Shown piece by piece: positions 10,887 through 19,996 of a stretch of 64,000 bases of DNA; position 1 is the stretch's first letter, and the number at the start of each line of letters is the position of its first letter. The notes below the pieces were generated by a model. That model did no database searches, was not told where the DNA came from, and saw only the letters and a program-made list of their open reading frames with translations. A program made the translations under genes and the position numbers. This stretch comes from an uncultured delta proteobacterium (GTDB lineage Bacteria; Desulfobacterota; Binatia; UBA9968), in contig CAWDMI010000005.1 in assembly GCA_963803415.1 (NCBI GenBank), positions 408,835 to 472,834 on the forward strand. The letters run 5' to 3'.

Positions 10887-11137
10887 CACGCGCGCAGCGC
10901 ACCCGGGCGGCTTCCCCTCACGCTCCCGTGTGACTCACCGCCGAGGCGCTGAGGACACCGCTGGCAAAGAGCATCGCGCATAGGGCATGGCACCCCCTCC
11001 CCCCCTTGCTCTATGCACTTCACCTTATGCTATTGATCCTCTGTGAACTCTGCGTCTCCTGTGCTCATTAAATTAGATCGTATGGGCTCTCTGGCCGATG
11101 AGCGCAAAGAGCCGGACGCTCCGATTGAAGAGCAACG

Positions 11138-11539
11138 ATGCCAGCGAAACCGTGGGTGACGTTCCGAACGCCAGACCCTGACCGTCAGTATATCGCACTT
11201 TTGACCGAGCTGCCCTTGACGCGGTTTTGGGACCTGGGAAAATTTCTTCTATATACTCTCCGGATTGAGGCCCAATTGAAAAAGACGCCAGGAGTTGTCG
11301 GGTATTCACTGATGGCACACGTATTCCGGAAGCGATTTTGGACATTGTCGGTATGGGAAGGCGATGCGGCTCTCGGGAAATTCGTCGCCCAGATGCCTCA
11401 TGCCCAGATCATGTCGGCGCTCGCCGGCAAGATGAACCAAACTCGCTTTGTGCGCTGGTCAATCCGGGGTTCCGAGTATCCGTTGCGCTGGGACGAGGCC
11501 TTTCAGAAAAGAGACGCATCCGCGCGGGGTGAAACCTGA
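11138..11539 (+). CDS. Hypothetical protein (possibly DUF3291/ABM-like)
   Basis: 133-aa ORF with a weak SD. No confident family assignment could be made from the sequence alone. Confidence 0.5.
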   Translation: MPAKPWVTFRTPDPDRQYIALLTELPLTRFWDLGKFLLYTLRIEAQLKKTPGVVGYSLMAHVFRKRFWTLSVWEGDAALGKFVAQMPHAQIMSALAGKMNQTRFVRWSIRGSEYPLRWDEAFQKRDASARGET

Positions 11540-11577
11540 CCCACCGCTCGCGAAAATTTACGTATTCGTTTATGGAT

Positions 11578-11763
11578 TCACTTCTCTCCGCCGGTTAGCA
11601 ACTCGCAAAGCTCGTCGATTTGGTCGACGGTCAGCGGCTCGCAGTCTCTAAAGTATTCGTCGGCCCATTCCGGTAAGCCGGTCCGGCACAACTCGCGCTG
11701 CCACAGCTCAAGCGCCGCCAGTAGAGTACTCATCTCCGCTTCATTCAGTGCTCGCGCATCCAT
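11578..11763 (-). CDS. Small acidic hypothetical protein (61 aa), divergent from lexA
   Basis: Start placed at ATG 11763 (MDARALNEAE...) with an SD aaaggag 8 nt upstream. The ORF track extends the frame to 11850 across the intergenic palindrome, which is unlikely. Confidence 0.45.
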   Translation of the reverse strand: MDARALNEAEMSTLLAALELWQRELCRTGLPEWADEYFRDCEPLTVDQIDELCELLTGGEK

Positions 11764-11835
11764 CGCTTGCGCTCCTTTCGCTTTGCCTATTGTTTTAGGA
11801 TCAGGAGAGCTATAGAAACGAATATGACATAATTC

Positions 11836-11850
11836 TTGACAATAAGTCAA
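11836..11850. promoter_or_regulatory. Perfect inverted repeat TTGAC-N5-GTCAA in the lexA/small-gene divergent intergenic region (candidate operator, overlaps a TTGACA -35-like hexamer)
   Basis: ttgacaataagtcaa was read directly from the sequence. It lies 87 bp upstream of the lexA ATG in an AT-rich intergenic stretch. Confidence 0.45.
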
Positions 11851-11936
11851 TATTTTGGTTAGCTTTGGTAGGATTTAGGCGCTTTGCATCCCTGTGGTGC
11901 AAACCCGTATTTCGAGTGGCTTGAACGTTTAATTGT

Positions 11937-12598
11937 ATGGCTCGTGCCAAACTCCTGACCAAGGAACAAGTCATCGACGCCCTGAACCGGTGGTTTATAC
12001 GCAACAGCGTTCCGCCCACTGTCGAGGAGCTACGCCGGGTTCTCGGTGTCGGCTCTACCCGCACCGTTCTCAGATACCTCGATGCGCTCAAGGAGGAAGG
12101 TTACATCGACCGCTGGTCCGGGGCGCGCGGCATTAGAATGCGCAAGGGCCAGGCAACGAAAGGGCTTGAAACGCGACTGGTCCCAATAGTTGGAGAGGCG
12201 CCGGCGGAGCCCTCATGCCGGCGGAAGAAAATATACTTGGCGAAGTTCAAGTCCCAAAAGAATTCCTAAAACCACCGAGCGCGAAATTCTTTTTCCTCCG
12301 CGTCCGTGGGGACTCCATGAACCGGGCAAGAGTGGATGGGCAAACGATAGATGATGGGGATCTGGTCCTAGTTCGCCAGCAGGAAACAGCGGACCCGGGA
12401 GAAATCGTGGTCGCACTTGTTGACGGCGAGGCCACAATTAAAAGATTGGTCAAAGGACCCGACTACTACGTTCTGAAACCAGAGTCCACCAACCCGAAGC
12501 ATCGGCCTATCATCGTAACTCAGGACTTCGCGGTCCAAGGAATCGTGTGCAGAGTATTCAAAGAGGGAGGAGAGCTTCTGCACAGAGTAGAGGTATGA
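11937..12598 (+). pseudogene. lexA: lexA (LexA repressor / S24 peptidase) interrupted by a 1-nt frameshift near 12200-12215
   Basis: ORF 11937-12269 encodes the LexA winged-HTH N-domain (MARAKLLTKEQVIDALNRW...GARGIRM...VPIVGEAPA). ORF 12215-12598, in a different frame, encodes the S24 catalytic domain with a GDSM serine and a conserved lysine (FLRVRGDSMN...TIKRLVK). Inserting one G in ggcgccggcggagccctc restores VGEAPAGALMPAEENILGE, which matches the LexA hinge. Confidence 0.75.
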
Positions 12599-12927
12599 AG
12601 CGCCCAGATCGAGGAATTTGGGATGAGTTAGATTTGTTTCCGTGTCATGGACAGTAGCGCCAAGCAATTATTGCTGAAAAAATTTCCTTGCGAATATGCC
12701 TGTGTAACACTAGAATTTGCTTCGCAAGTCAGCGTAGTTGGCCACGGGCCGCACAGTCGGGAACAAAAACACTCAATGGCTACATCCGTCAAATTCCTCT
12801 TCCTTGACTGCGTATTCCGGACCATTCCGGCCACTGATTCCGGGCGCATTCCAGCCACCACGAGCAGGTCCTCGCCAGTGACAAGCTTTCTACACGCACC
12901 CAAGACTGCCGGTACCGGCGCCGCCGT

Positions 12928-12956
12928 TTGACAAGCACCTATATAGACTATATAAA
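12928..12956 (+). promoter_or_regulatory. Sigma70-like promoter (TTGACA-17-TATAAA) with overlapping 15-bp palindrome tatatagactatata; -10 ends 6 nt before the antitoxin ATG (leaderless transcript likely)
   Basis: The hexamers and their spacing were read directly from the sequence. The palindrome at 12940-12954 is a plausible antitoxin autoregulatory operator. Confidence 0.45.
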
Positions 12957-12962
12957 GTTTTT

Positions 12963-13241
12963 ATGAAGACTCTAACTATCACTGACGCGAAGAAAAATCT
13001 TGGCCGCTGGCTCGCAGCCGCTGCCAAAGGCGAAGACATTGGAATCATCTGCGGGGCTGATGTCATCGCCCTTAGGAAAGTAAACGTCGAGTCCACGGAC
13101 TATGCGCAGCGCGAGTACGCGGCGACGCCGGAGCAGGTTACCATTCTCGAGAGCGCTACGGACAAACGCTATCGGCGGCTGAAGAAGACGGGAAAGCTCG
13201 TGACTGTCGGTTCCAGAGAACTTCGGCAGATGCTTGAGTAG
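12963..13241 (+). CDS. Type II antitoxin, Phd/YefM family
   Basis: 92-aa ORF whose N-terminus (MKTLTITDAKKNLGRWL...DIGIICGADVIAL) resembles Phd/YefM antitoxins. It overlaps the downstream toxin gene by 8 nt. Confidence 0.7.
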   Translation: MKTLTITDAKKNLGRWLAAAAKGEDIGIICGADVIALRKVNVESTDYAQREYAATPEQVTILESATDKRYRRLKKTGKLVTVGSRELRQMLE

Positions 13242-13524
13242 ACTTCTCACCATCGATCCCGTGGTTCTCAGGCGCCTGCGCGGATTGCCGAAGAACGAGA
13301 GAGTAGAGTGTTTGCTGGCACTCTGCGATTTAGTTGACGGTTTCGGCCAGCCTCATATTCACACGGGTCTCGGCATTCGGAAGCTGGGCAACAAGCTTTT
13401 CGAGTGCCGGGGTAGTCGCGATCTTCGTTTTCTCTTTCAGGACCGCACGACCGAACTCTTTGTTTCGTTTCTGGGCAATCATGATGAGGTGAGCGCTCTA
13501 TTACGCAGAGGCAAATATAGCTGA
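13234..13524 (+). CDS. Type II toxin, RelE/ParE family
   Basis: 96-aa ORF translationally coupled to the upstream antitoxin by an ATGA-style overlap. The core is RelE/StbE-like (GIRKLGNKLFECRGSRDLRFLFQ...LFVSFLGNHDEV). Confidence 0.65.
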   Translation: MSRLLTIDPVVLRRLRGLPKNERVECLLALCDLVDGFGQPHIHTGLGIRKLGNKLFECRGSRDLRFLFQDRTTELFVSFLGNHDEVSALLRRGKYS

Positions 13525-13827
13525 CGATCACGTAGTGCATGGTGCTCGGAGAATCCATCCTTTCTCGTCTCGGCATTCCTCGCTTACTCCAACAAAACAC
13601 GTGATCTTCCAATTGGTGTTAGGTCAACGCGGTCCACAACGCGCCTACGCCCGGAATGCTCGAACCATCCCGATGGGAAGCGTTTATCCTAACGGGATCA
13701 ACGCACAAAGGACGGTTTCTTGCTAACCGTCGGTAATCAAACTAGACTCCAGGCCTATAGAGAGTCTCACCGTCAGTTTAGATTGGCCAACCATTCATTG
13801 ATCCAGCGACTAAATAGGCGGCGTTAA

Positions 13828-14031
13828 GTGGATAGCGCGTCAATCCTTTGGGGAGTGATTTTTGGTGCGGTCGGTCTTGGCTACTTTGTCTACGGCAAGA
13901 GACAGCAAAGCGTGGTTCCTTTGGTCTGCGGATTGGGGCTGATGGTCTTTCCTTACTTTGTGTCGAATACGGTTCTTCTCGTTGTCGTGGGATTGGCACT
14001 GTCGGTAATTCCTTATTTTTTTAGGCTTTAA
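13828..14031 (+). CDS. Small two-TM membrane protein (hypothetical)
   Basis: 67-aa ORF with a GTG start and two hydrophobic helices (ILWGVIFGAVGLGYFVY...VVVGLALSVIPYFF). Confidence 0.35.
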   Translation: MDSASILWGVIFGAVGLGYFVYGKRQQSVVPLVCGLGLMVFPYFVSNTVLLVVVGLALSVIPYFFRL

Positions 14032-14077
14032 AACAGTTGAGTGGTTGACCATCTACGCCACGCGGGGAATAACAAGC

Positions 14078-14536
14078 ATGCCACCTCGAAGCCTCAGAAT
14101 TATTTTTTCGCTTGCGTACATTATTTCATCTTCTGTCGGTATGGCTTTTTCTCCACCAACGCTGGCGCAGCCGGCTGGACAGGCTACTATAATTTTAAGG
14201 GTCACCGGGCTTCGTTCTGAGAAAGGACAGGTGAAAATCGCCCTATTCAATTCTCCGGCGAGATGGCTGGAAGAACCCGCATACTCAGCTACGATCAACG
14301 TGGACGGTCAAGAAGTCGTATGGAAAATTAACGATGTTCCCTATGGGGATTATGCTGTTGCGGTATTTCACGATGAAAACAGAAACGGCAAGATGGATAA
14401 AAATGTATTGGGGATACCTATGGAGCCATACGGTTTTTCAAATAATGTGAAAGTAACTTTCGGGCCACCGAAATGGGAGAAGGCTAAGTTTGTCGTCAAA
14501 AGCTCAACGCAGGACGTTTCAATAGAGGTTAAGTAA
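14078..14536 (+). CDS. DUF2141 domain secreted protein
   Basis: Start set at the ATG of MPPRSLRIIFSLAY, which gives a signal peptide. The ORF track starts at an upstream TTG (14045). The conserved DUF2141 core is present (YGDYAVAVFHDENRNGKMDKNVLGIPMEPYGFSNN...FGPPKWEKAKF). Confidence 0.7.
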   Translation: MPPRSLRIIFSLAYIISSSVGMAFSPPTLAQPAGQATIILRVTGLRSEKGQVKIALFNSPARWLEEPAYSATINVDGQEVVWKINDVPYGDYAVAVFHDENRNGKMDKNVLGIPMEPYGFSNNVKVTFGPPKWEKAKFVVKSSTQDVSIEVK

Positions 14537-14596
14537 AAAGAAAGGGGGCACCTGAAATAAAAAGGATAAAGGGTTGATGACTTTTGTACAGAGGAA

Positions 14597-15718
14597 TCAC
14601 TGCGACTTCATGATCTCCTTTATGCGCAGTCTTATCCTTTCGCCTTCCTTGGCAGTGTAATTCCAGTCGTCGACATCGAAGTGGTTTCCTCCCGGACGTG
14701 GAATGACTCTACGATCCAGAAAGGACTCGTCAATATCGTTGCGCAGCGTTGCAACGCTGTAACCACGCGAATAGATCTCCAGCCCCTCCTTTGACACGAG
14801 CCAGTTAACAAAGATTTGCGCCGCGTTGGGATGGGGAGCTTTGTTTGCGACGGCAAGCAGCCAAGGGGCTGAGTTAACAAAAGGTCTCATGTCGGAAAGT
14901 TCGAACACGTCGACGATCTTGAAGCCTTCGTTTCGTAGCCGATCCGAATCTTCGGTCCGGCAAGTGAGACAGATGGGATAAATACCGCGCGCTAGCCAAT
15001 CCGCGGCCTGTCTCCGCTCGCGGGCTACGGTTGGTTTCTGATCGATGTAGAGCTTCTTGAAGAACTCCTCGCCTAACTGGCGGTAAAAGAGCGCCGCTTG
15101 AGCGGCTGGTCTCCCGGTAGACGTCGGATCCTCCGTTGTAATCTTCCCCCTCCACCTGGGACTCAAGAGATCCTTTGCCGAACCGATCTCCTCAGGTCTG
15201 ACATATTCCGCATTGATCGGGAAGAATTCTCTCGCCCTATTGAACACGCGCAGGACGTATTTTTCTTCCGGGTCGATGAACCAGAGATTTCCCTTTTTCC
15301 ATTTCGTGGGATCCACTACCTCCTGGAGAATGAGCAAGGGCTTTAAAGGATCGATCACCTTCTCTGCGTAAAGAAATTTCGCTGTGGTGTCGGGACCAAA
15401 CATAAACACATCTACGGAATAGACTCCGGCCGAGCGTTCAGTTCTAATCCGTCCCGCAATCTCGCTCGATCGCCCGGCCAGAAATTCGACGGCAATTCCG
15501 AAACGGGCCGTAAACTTGGGCATGATCTGATTCCGAAACGTCTCATCCGGAGAGCTCGTCACCACCACCCTGCCTTCTTTTTTGGCCTCCGCAAGGATTT
15601 GATTCCACTGCTTCGGCCTTTCCTTCTCTTGCGCCCAGGAAGGGAACACCAGTCCCATAAGCATCAACGATGTAATAACAATCTTCACGCTGCACGACCT
15701 CCGGCTAACTTGCGTCAT
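14597..15718 (-). CDS. ABC transporter substrate-binding protein, family 1 (Fe3+/polyamine-type), paralog 1
   Basis: The family-1 SBP signature APHPNAAQIFVNWLVSKEGLE is present, along with a signal peptide (VKIVITSLMLMGLVFPSWAQ). The start is ambiguous: an ATG at 15718 (MTQVS..., short SD spacing) or a GTG at 15688 with a better SD. Confidence 0.75.
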   Translation of the reverse strand: MTQVSRRSCSVKIVITSLMLMGLVFPSWAQEKERPKQWNQILAEAKKEGRVVVTSSPDETFRNQIMPKFTARFGIAVEFLAGRSSEIAGRIRTERSAGVYSVDVFMFGPDTTAKFLYAEKVIDPLKPLLILQEVVDPTKWKKGNLWFIDPEEKYVLRVFNRAREFFPINAEYVRPEEIGSAKDLLSPRWRGKITTEDPTSTGRPAAQAALFYRQLGEEFFKKLYIDQKPTVARERRQAADWLARGIYPICLTCRTEDSDRLRNEGFKIVDVFELSDMRPFVNSAPWLLAVANKAPHPNAAQIFVNWLVSKEGLEIYSRGYSVATLRNDIDESFLDRRVIPRPGGNHFDVDDWNYTAKEGERIRLRIKEIMKSQ

Positions 15719-16652
15719 CCCTCGGACTTCGGCGATACAGTTGTTCAATGAATCCTTCCTTTTCGATCTCCGCGATGATGCTGGCATCGATAAATTCCTC
15801 GGCCTTTTTTTGCCGGACAAAGGAGTCGCCCGGGGCTAATTCCCGAATGGCAGTCTCTAATCCCTTGGTTAAAGGGTAAGGTTTCTCGGGTAACACCCCC
15901 AGGACGTAATCCTCAAACTTGGTCTCAATGCCGGTGACATAATCCTTGAGCAGATACTTCTCACAGATGGCATCGGTGAAATCCTTATGGGTCTTGGCGT
16001 AGGCAGTCGCCTCAACTACCGCCTTGAGAAAGCTCTTTGCCGCATCCCGGTGCGCTTCAAGCCAGTCCCGCCGCACCAGCACATCCGCCGCGGTAATGGC
16101 AAGACCCGAGTCCATGAAGTCGGCCAGAAGGGTAATTTTTTTCCCTTGCTTCAGTAAGTCTTTCAGTTTACCGCGATTGGAGAGGCTGGCCGACACCTTC
16201 CCATCCAACATCCATTGCACGCCGTTCGCATGGTTATCTCCACCGGGCACAAGCTCCACGTCATTATCGGGATTAATTCCCAGGTGCGCGAGAACCAGCC
16301 GTGTGGCAACATTGGGCCCCTCCCCCGAGGGCGCCGTCCAAACCTTCTTGCCTTTCAGTTCCTGCGGCGATTGGATCTCCGGCCGGGCTAAAAATATGAA
16401 TGGATTGGCCGCTAAACTGGCGACAAAAACAAGATCGGCGCCCGCGGCCAACGCGTCAACCGCGGCCCTGAATCCTACTACCCCGATGTCGATCGTTTTG
16501 CTAATCACCTCTGCAACGGTTTGCCCGCGAGCGTCACTCCGCAACGCCACCTCCAAGCCATGCTTTGCGAAAAGCTCGGCGTCCTGAGCCACCCAAAGGG
16601 CGAGTTTATTGTCCCGGATCGGATAATATCCAACTCGAAGTTTTTGCGCCAT
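15705..16652 (-). CDS. NMT1/THI5-like (SsuA/ThiY-type) binding protein without signal peptide
   Basis: 315-aa ORF starting at ATG with an SD aaggagaaggg. The NMT1-like fold features are present (VGYYPIRDNKLALWVAQ...). An in-frame TAA just upstream excludes an N-terminal extension, so the protein has no signal peptide. Confidence 0.7.
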   Translation of the reverse strand: MAQKLRVGYYPIRDNKLALWVAQDAELFAKHGLEVALRSDARGQTVAEVISKTIDIGVVGFRAAVDALAAGADLVFVASLAANPFIFLARPEIQSPQELKGKKVWTAPSGEGPNVATRLVLAHLGINPDNDVELVPGGDNHANGVQWMLDGKVSASLSNRGKLKDLLKQGKKITLLADFMDSGLAITAADVLVRRDWLEAHRDAAKSFLKAVVEATAYAKTHKDFTDAICEKYLLKDYVTGIETKFEDYVLGVLPEKPYPLTKGLETAIRELAPGDSFVRQKKAEEFIDASIIAEIEKEGFIEQLYRRSPRDDAS

Positions 16653-16726
16653 CAGCCCTTCTCCTTATCGGTGGTTTCTTTCAGTGTCGTGGCCGTGAAC
16701 GCCGCATTCCTGGTCTCCAGCGCCCG

Positions 16727-18602
16727 CTACGGTTTGTTTCGCTCGTACACGACCGCCCCTCCGACGAACGTCATCTCCACCGGCATCGAAGCGATCTGGT
16801 CGTCGGGCACCCTAAGAAAATCTCCACCCAGCACGACCAAGTCGGCGAGCTTGCCCGGCTCGATGGAGCCGATCGTCTGACTTCGGTCGACAAAGTTTGC
16901 GGCTCGGCGAGTACAGAGCAACAAAGCCGTTTTCCTGTCGATCGCTTGTTGGGCACTCCAAACCTTTCCCTTCTCATCCTTTCTCGTCACAACCTGCTGG
17001 ATAACCGCGAGCGGCATCCGCGTTCGATTCTCGCCCATTTCCAAATGAATCGGGACGCGCGCATCCAACAGATTCTTAACGGGCTGCATGGAGTGCACCC
17101 GTTCTCCCCACTGCTCCACGAGCAGATCACGCCGCGGTCGGGGATCGAAAAAACACGTTGTTGAGCCCAAAACGAAACCCGTCTTTTAGCTGACTCGCAC
17201 GCTTGATGACTTCGGAATTCCATTGGACATTACGATCGAGCGCCTGCGGATGAAACCTTGGCAGCAAAATATCCGGCTGGCCGTCGGCGGCCTCGAAAAT
17301 CTCCAGGAAAGTTTCGCGCGCCCGCGCTCCCTGGTTGTGCACGGCGACAAAATTCCAGCCCAATCTTCCAGCCTCCATAATGGTACCCCATTCCGTCTGG
17401 CGCCTTTCTTCAGTTGTGAGCGCTTCCCATGCTTTTCCGGTCCAGGTTGTTGACGCCATCTGATTTTCTCCCATTCTCTTTGGATCTCCTGGTAAATCCG
17501 AAATGGCCTCAACTTTGCGCCGCGCCGCATCGCTCAGAATATTGTCCGGCGAGTCAGGTGAAGTATCCATGCCGCGAATATTCGCGCCCACAATGTGCAC
17601 GCGGTCGCCCAAAGAAAAATCCACGATGTTGCCGACCCGCTTTAACAGCGAGTCCAACTGCAGATCCGTGCGCAGGTCCACGGTCATATACAGGCGCGAG
17701 GTAAGTTCGTTCTTGCGATAAAGACTCTGCGCGATCAGGAAATCGAGCGCTGTCGACCATCCGATCTGGGAAGTGATCCCGACTCGGCTTCTGACGGCCA
17801 GCCGCTTCTTGAAGCGCTCCGTCATGGATTCCAGCGTCTGCCGGTCCGGCCAGGGCCTCAGCTCGCTCAAGATGAATCCCGCCGCTTTCTGGCAGAATTG
17901 CCCCGTGGGACTTCCACCCTTGTCCTTGATCACACAGAACGATTCCTGGGACAGGCCGTTGTCAAAAGCGATTTTCATCATCGCGGAGTTCGCCACGACA
18001 TTGCTTCCGCCCATGACGATTGCCATTGGGTTCTCGCTCACGACCTTGTCGAGATCGCGAAATGTCCAGGCGCGCAATTCCGCCGGGTACGCATCCGGCG
18101 CCGCCAAATAGATCAGATCGCCCGGCTTCGCGCGTGCCGCAAGGGATCGGATGTTGCCGATGACCTTCTGAATGGTGGGCGGACTTTCCTCGGAATCGGA
18201 TTCCCGAACGATTTGCGACCCGACTTGCGTGGTTTTGGACCAGTTGCCTGAGGCAAAGGCATTTGATCCCGAATTGACAAACCCCGGAACGACCGTTTTG
18301 CCCTGCAGGTCGATTTTTCGGGTCTGCGGCCCCGCCATGAGTTGAATTCGCCCGGAGTCACCTACCGCCAGAAACTTACCGTCGCGAATTGCAACCGCTT
18401 CCGCGATTTCGAAGTCCGGGCCATCGCGATCAACCGTCAGCACTTTGCCGTTGTAGAGAATGACATCCGCGAAGTGCACGACCTCCTCGGGAAGCAGGAC
18501 CTGGCCGCCGGCGGGGGCCGCGAAACTGTGGACCAAAAAAACACTGAACCAGGACGCGGAAAAGGCTTTGAAAATCTGCGGGTGACCGAGAACCGTCATG
18601 GC
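16727..18602 (-). pseudogene. Amidohydrolase-3 family (PF07969-like) gene split by +1 frameshift in an A6/T6 homopolymer (17148-17153); signal peptide present; canonical HxH metal motif replaced (PGFVNSGSN)
   Basis: ORF 17127-18698 starts at ATG 18602 (MTVLGHPQIF..., SD ggaggg). It carries the N-terminal amidohydrolase-3 pattern ADVILYNGKVLTVDRDG...IDLQGKTVVPGFVNSGSN. ORF 16727-17170, in another frame, carries the C-terminal hallmark GSIEPGKLADLVVLGGDF...TFVGGAVVYE. Reading five T instead of six joins them as ...FGLNNVFFDPRPRRDLLVEQW.... Confidence 0.75.
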
Positions 18603-18769
18603 TCGTCCCTCCTGATAGGATTTTGTTCGGGAGGCTAACAGCAGCCAAACCCTCCCGTCAACCGCTAGGGAAGACGCTTGAAGCCCGAGAAAGACCAAGC
18701 TTGGGGAGACTTGTGAACGGCGACGTATTAGAAAACGCCGATTTCCCGCGTTAGGTTCCGGGACTTTAG

Positions 18770-19918
18770 CTACCTCAGCAATCCCACATAGATGCCGGCA
18801 ATGATCGCAGTGGTAATGACCCCCGCGACGTTCGGACCCATGGCAAACGGGAGAATGATAGCGCGTTTATTGACCGCAAGAGCACACTTCTGCGCGACTT
18901 TGGCAGTGGTCGGCACACAGGAGACCCCCGCGATGCCAATCAGCGGATTGATCTTGCCGCCCGATAATTTATAGGCGACCAACCCGGCGACAATGCCGCC
19001 CAATCCTGATAATAGGATGGAGATCAATCCGAGAAACATGATGAGCAGCACGCGGGAGTCCGTGATTACGTAAAAGCTGAATAGAGCGCCCAATACAAAC
19101 CCCAAGAAAAAAGTCGAACCCGTGAGTATCACCTCATCCAGAAACCGCTGATAGCGCGGCAAGTCGGCCTCGCGCACCATAACCCCGATGAAGAACGACG
19201 CAAACAAAGGCGCGGCCACAGGAAAAAGAATCGACAGTATCGCCGCCGCGAGGACGGCAAAAATTAGTTTCTGCCTCGACGAAACTTTAGGGATGGCGTG
19301 GAGATCCATCGTAATTCCTTGCAGCTTCTTCGGAACCAGAAGGTTGATCATATAAGGATAAAGAGCGTAGGTCATGCTCACGTACACGTAGGCCACGACG
19401 GAAATGGGGACGAAGAGTTTTTTCGCCAGCTCCAGCGAAGTAAATAGCACCATTGGGCCGTCGGCGCCGCCCACGATCGCGATTGACGCGGCTTCGCGAT
19501 AATTGAACCCGCAGGCGACGGCGATGGGGAATGTCAATATGGAACCCAACTCCGCGCCGACGGCGATCAGCAGGCTGGTTAACGGACGGGCGATCAGATA
19601 GTCCAGCGGCGTGATGACGCCGATACCCATAAAGACGAGGCACGCGATGAGCCCGTTGGAAAACATGAGGTTATAAATGGGCTGGAGAAAAAAAATCTGC
19701 ATGCTGTTGACGACTTTTTCCGGCTCTACTTGCATGGGATCGACGAACAAATTAGCGAGCCTACCTTCGAGAGTGAGCGTTGCGCCGTTGACCAGCACCA
19801 TAGCCAACCCCATAGGCATCAGCACCATTGGATCAAGGATATTTTTGGCGCTAAGGTAAATGAGAATGAAGCCCACGGCCATCAGTCCTAGACGAATCAG
19901 CACGGTTTGGACGTCCAT
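18770..19918 (-). CDS. oadB: Na+-translocating decarboxylase beta subunit (OadB/MmdB/GcdB family)
   Basis: Polytopic membrane protein with the conserved C-terminal region (NPLIGIAGVSCVPTTAKVAQK...). The start is taken at the ATG (MDVQTVL...). The ORF track begins at an upstream TTG. Confidence 0.8.
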   Translation of the reverse strand: MDVQTVLIRLGLMAVGFILIYLSAKNILDPMVLMPMGLAMVLVNGATLTLEGRLANLFVDPMQVEPEKVVNSMQIFFLQPIYNLMFSNGLIACLVFMGIGVITPLDYLIARPLTSLLIAVGAELGSILTFPIAVACGFNYREAASIAIVGGADGPMVLFTSLELAKKLFVPISVVAYVYVSMTYALYPYMINLLVPKKLQGITMDLHAIPKVSSRQKLIFAVLAAAILSILFPVAAPLFASFFIGVMVREADLPRYQRFLDEVILTGSTFFLGFVLGALFSFYVITDSRVLLIMFLGLISILLSGLGGIVAGLVAYKLSGGKINPLIGIAGVSCVPTTAKVAQKCALAVNKRAIILPFAMGPNVAGVITTAIIAGIYVGLLR

Positions 19919-19996
19919 CTGACCGAAAGTCGAGAGCCCTTCAAAGATATGTGCGGCTTGAGCAAGCAAAGCAACTTCTCTCCAGTCCCTTAAGTT

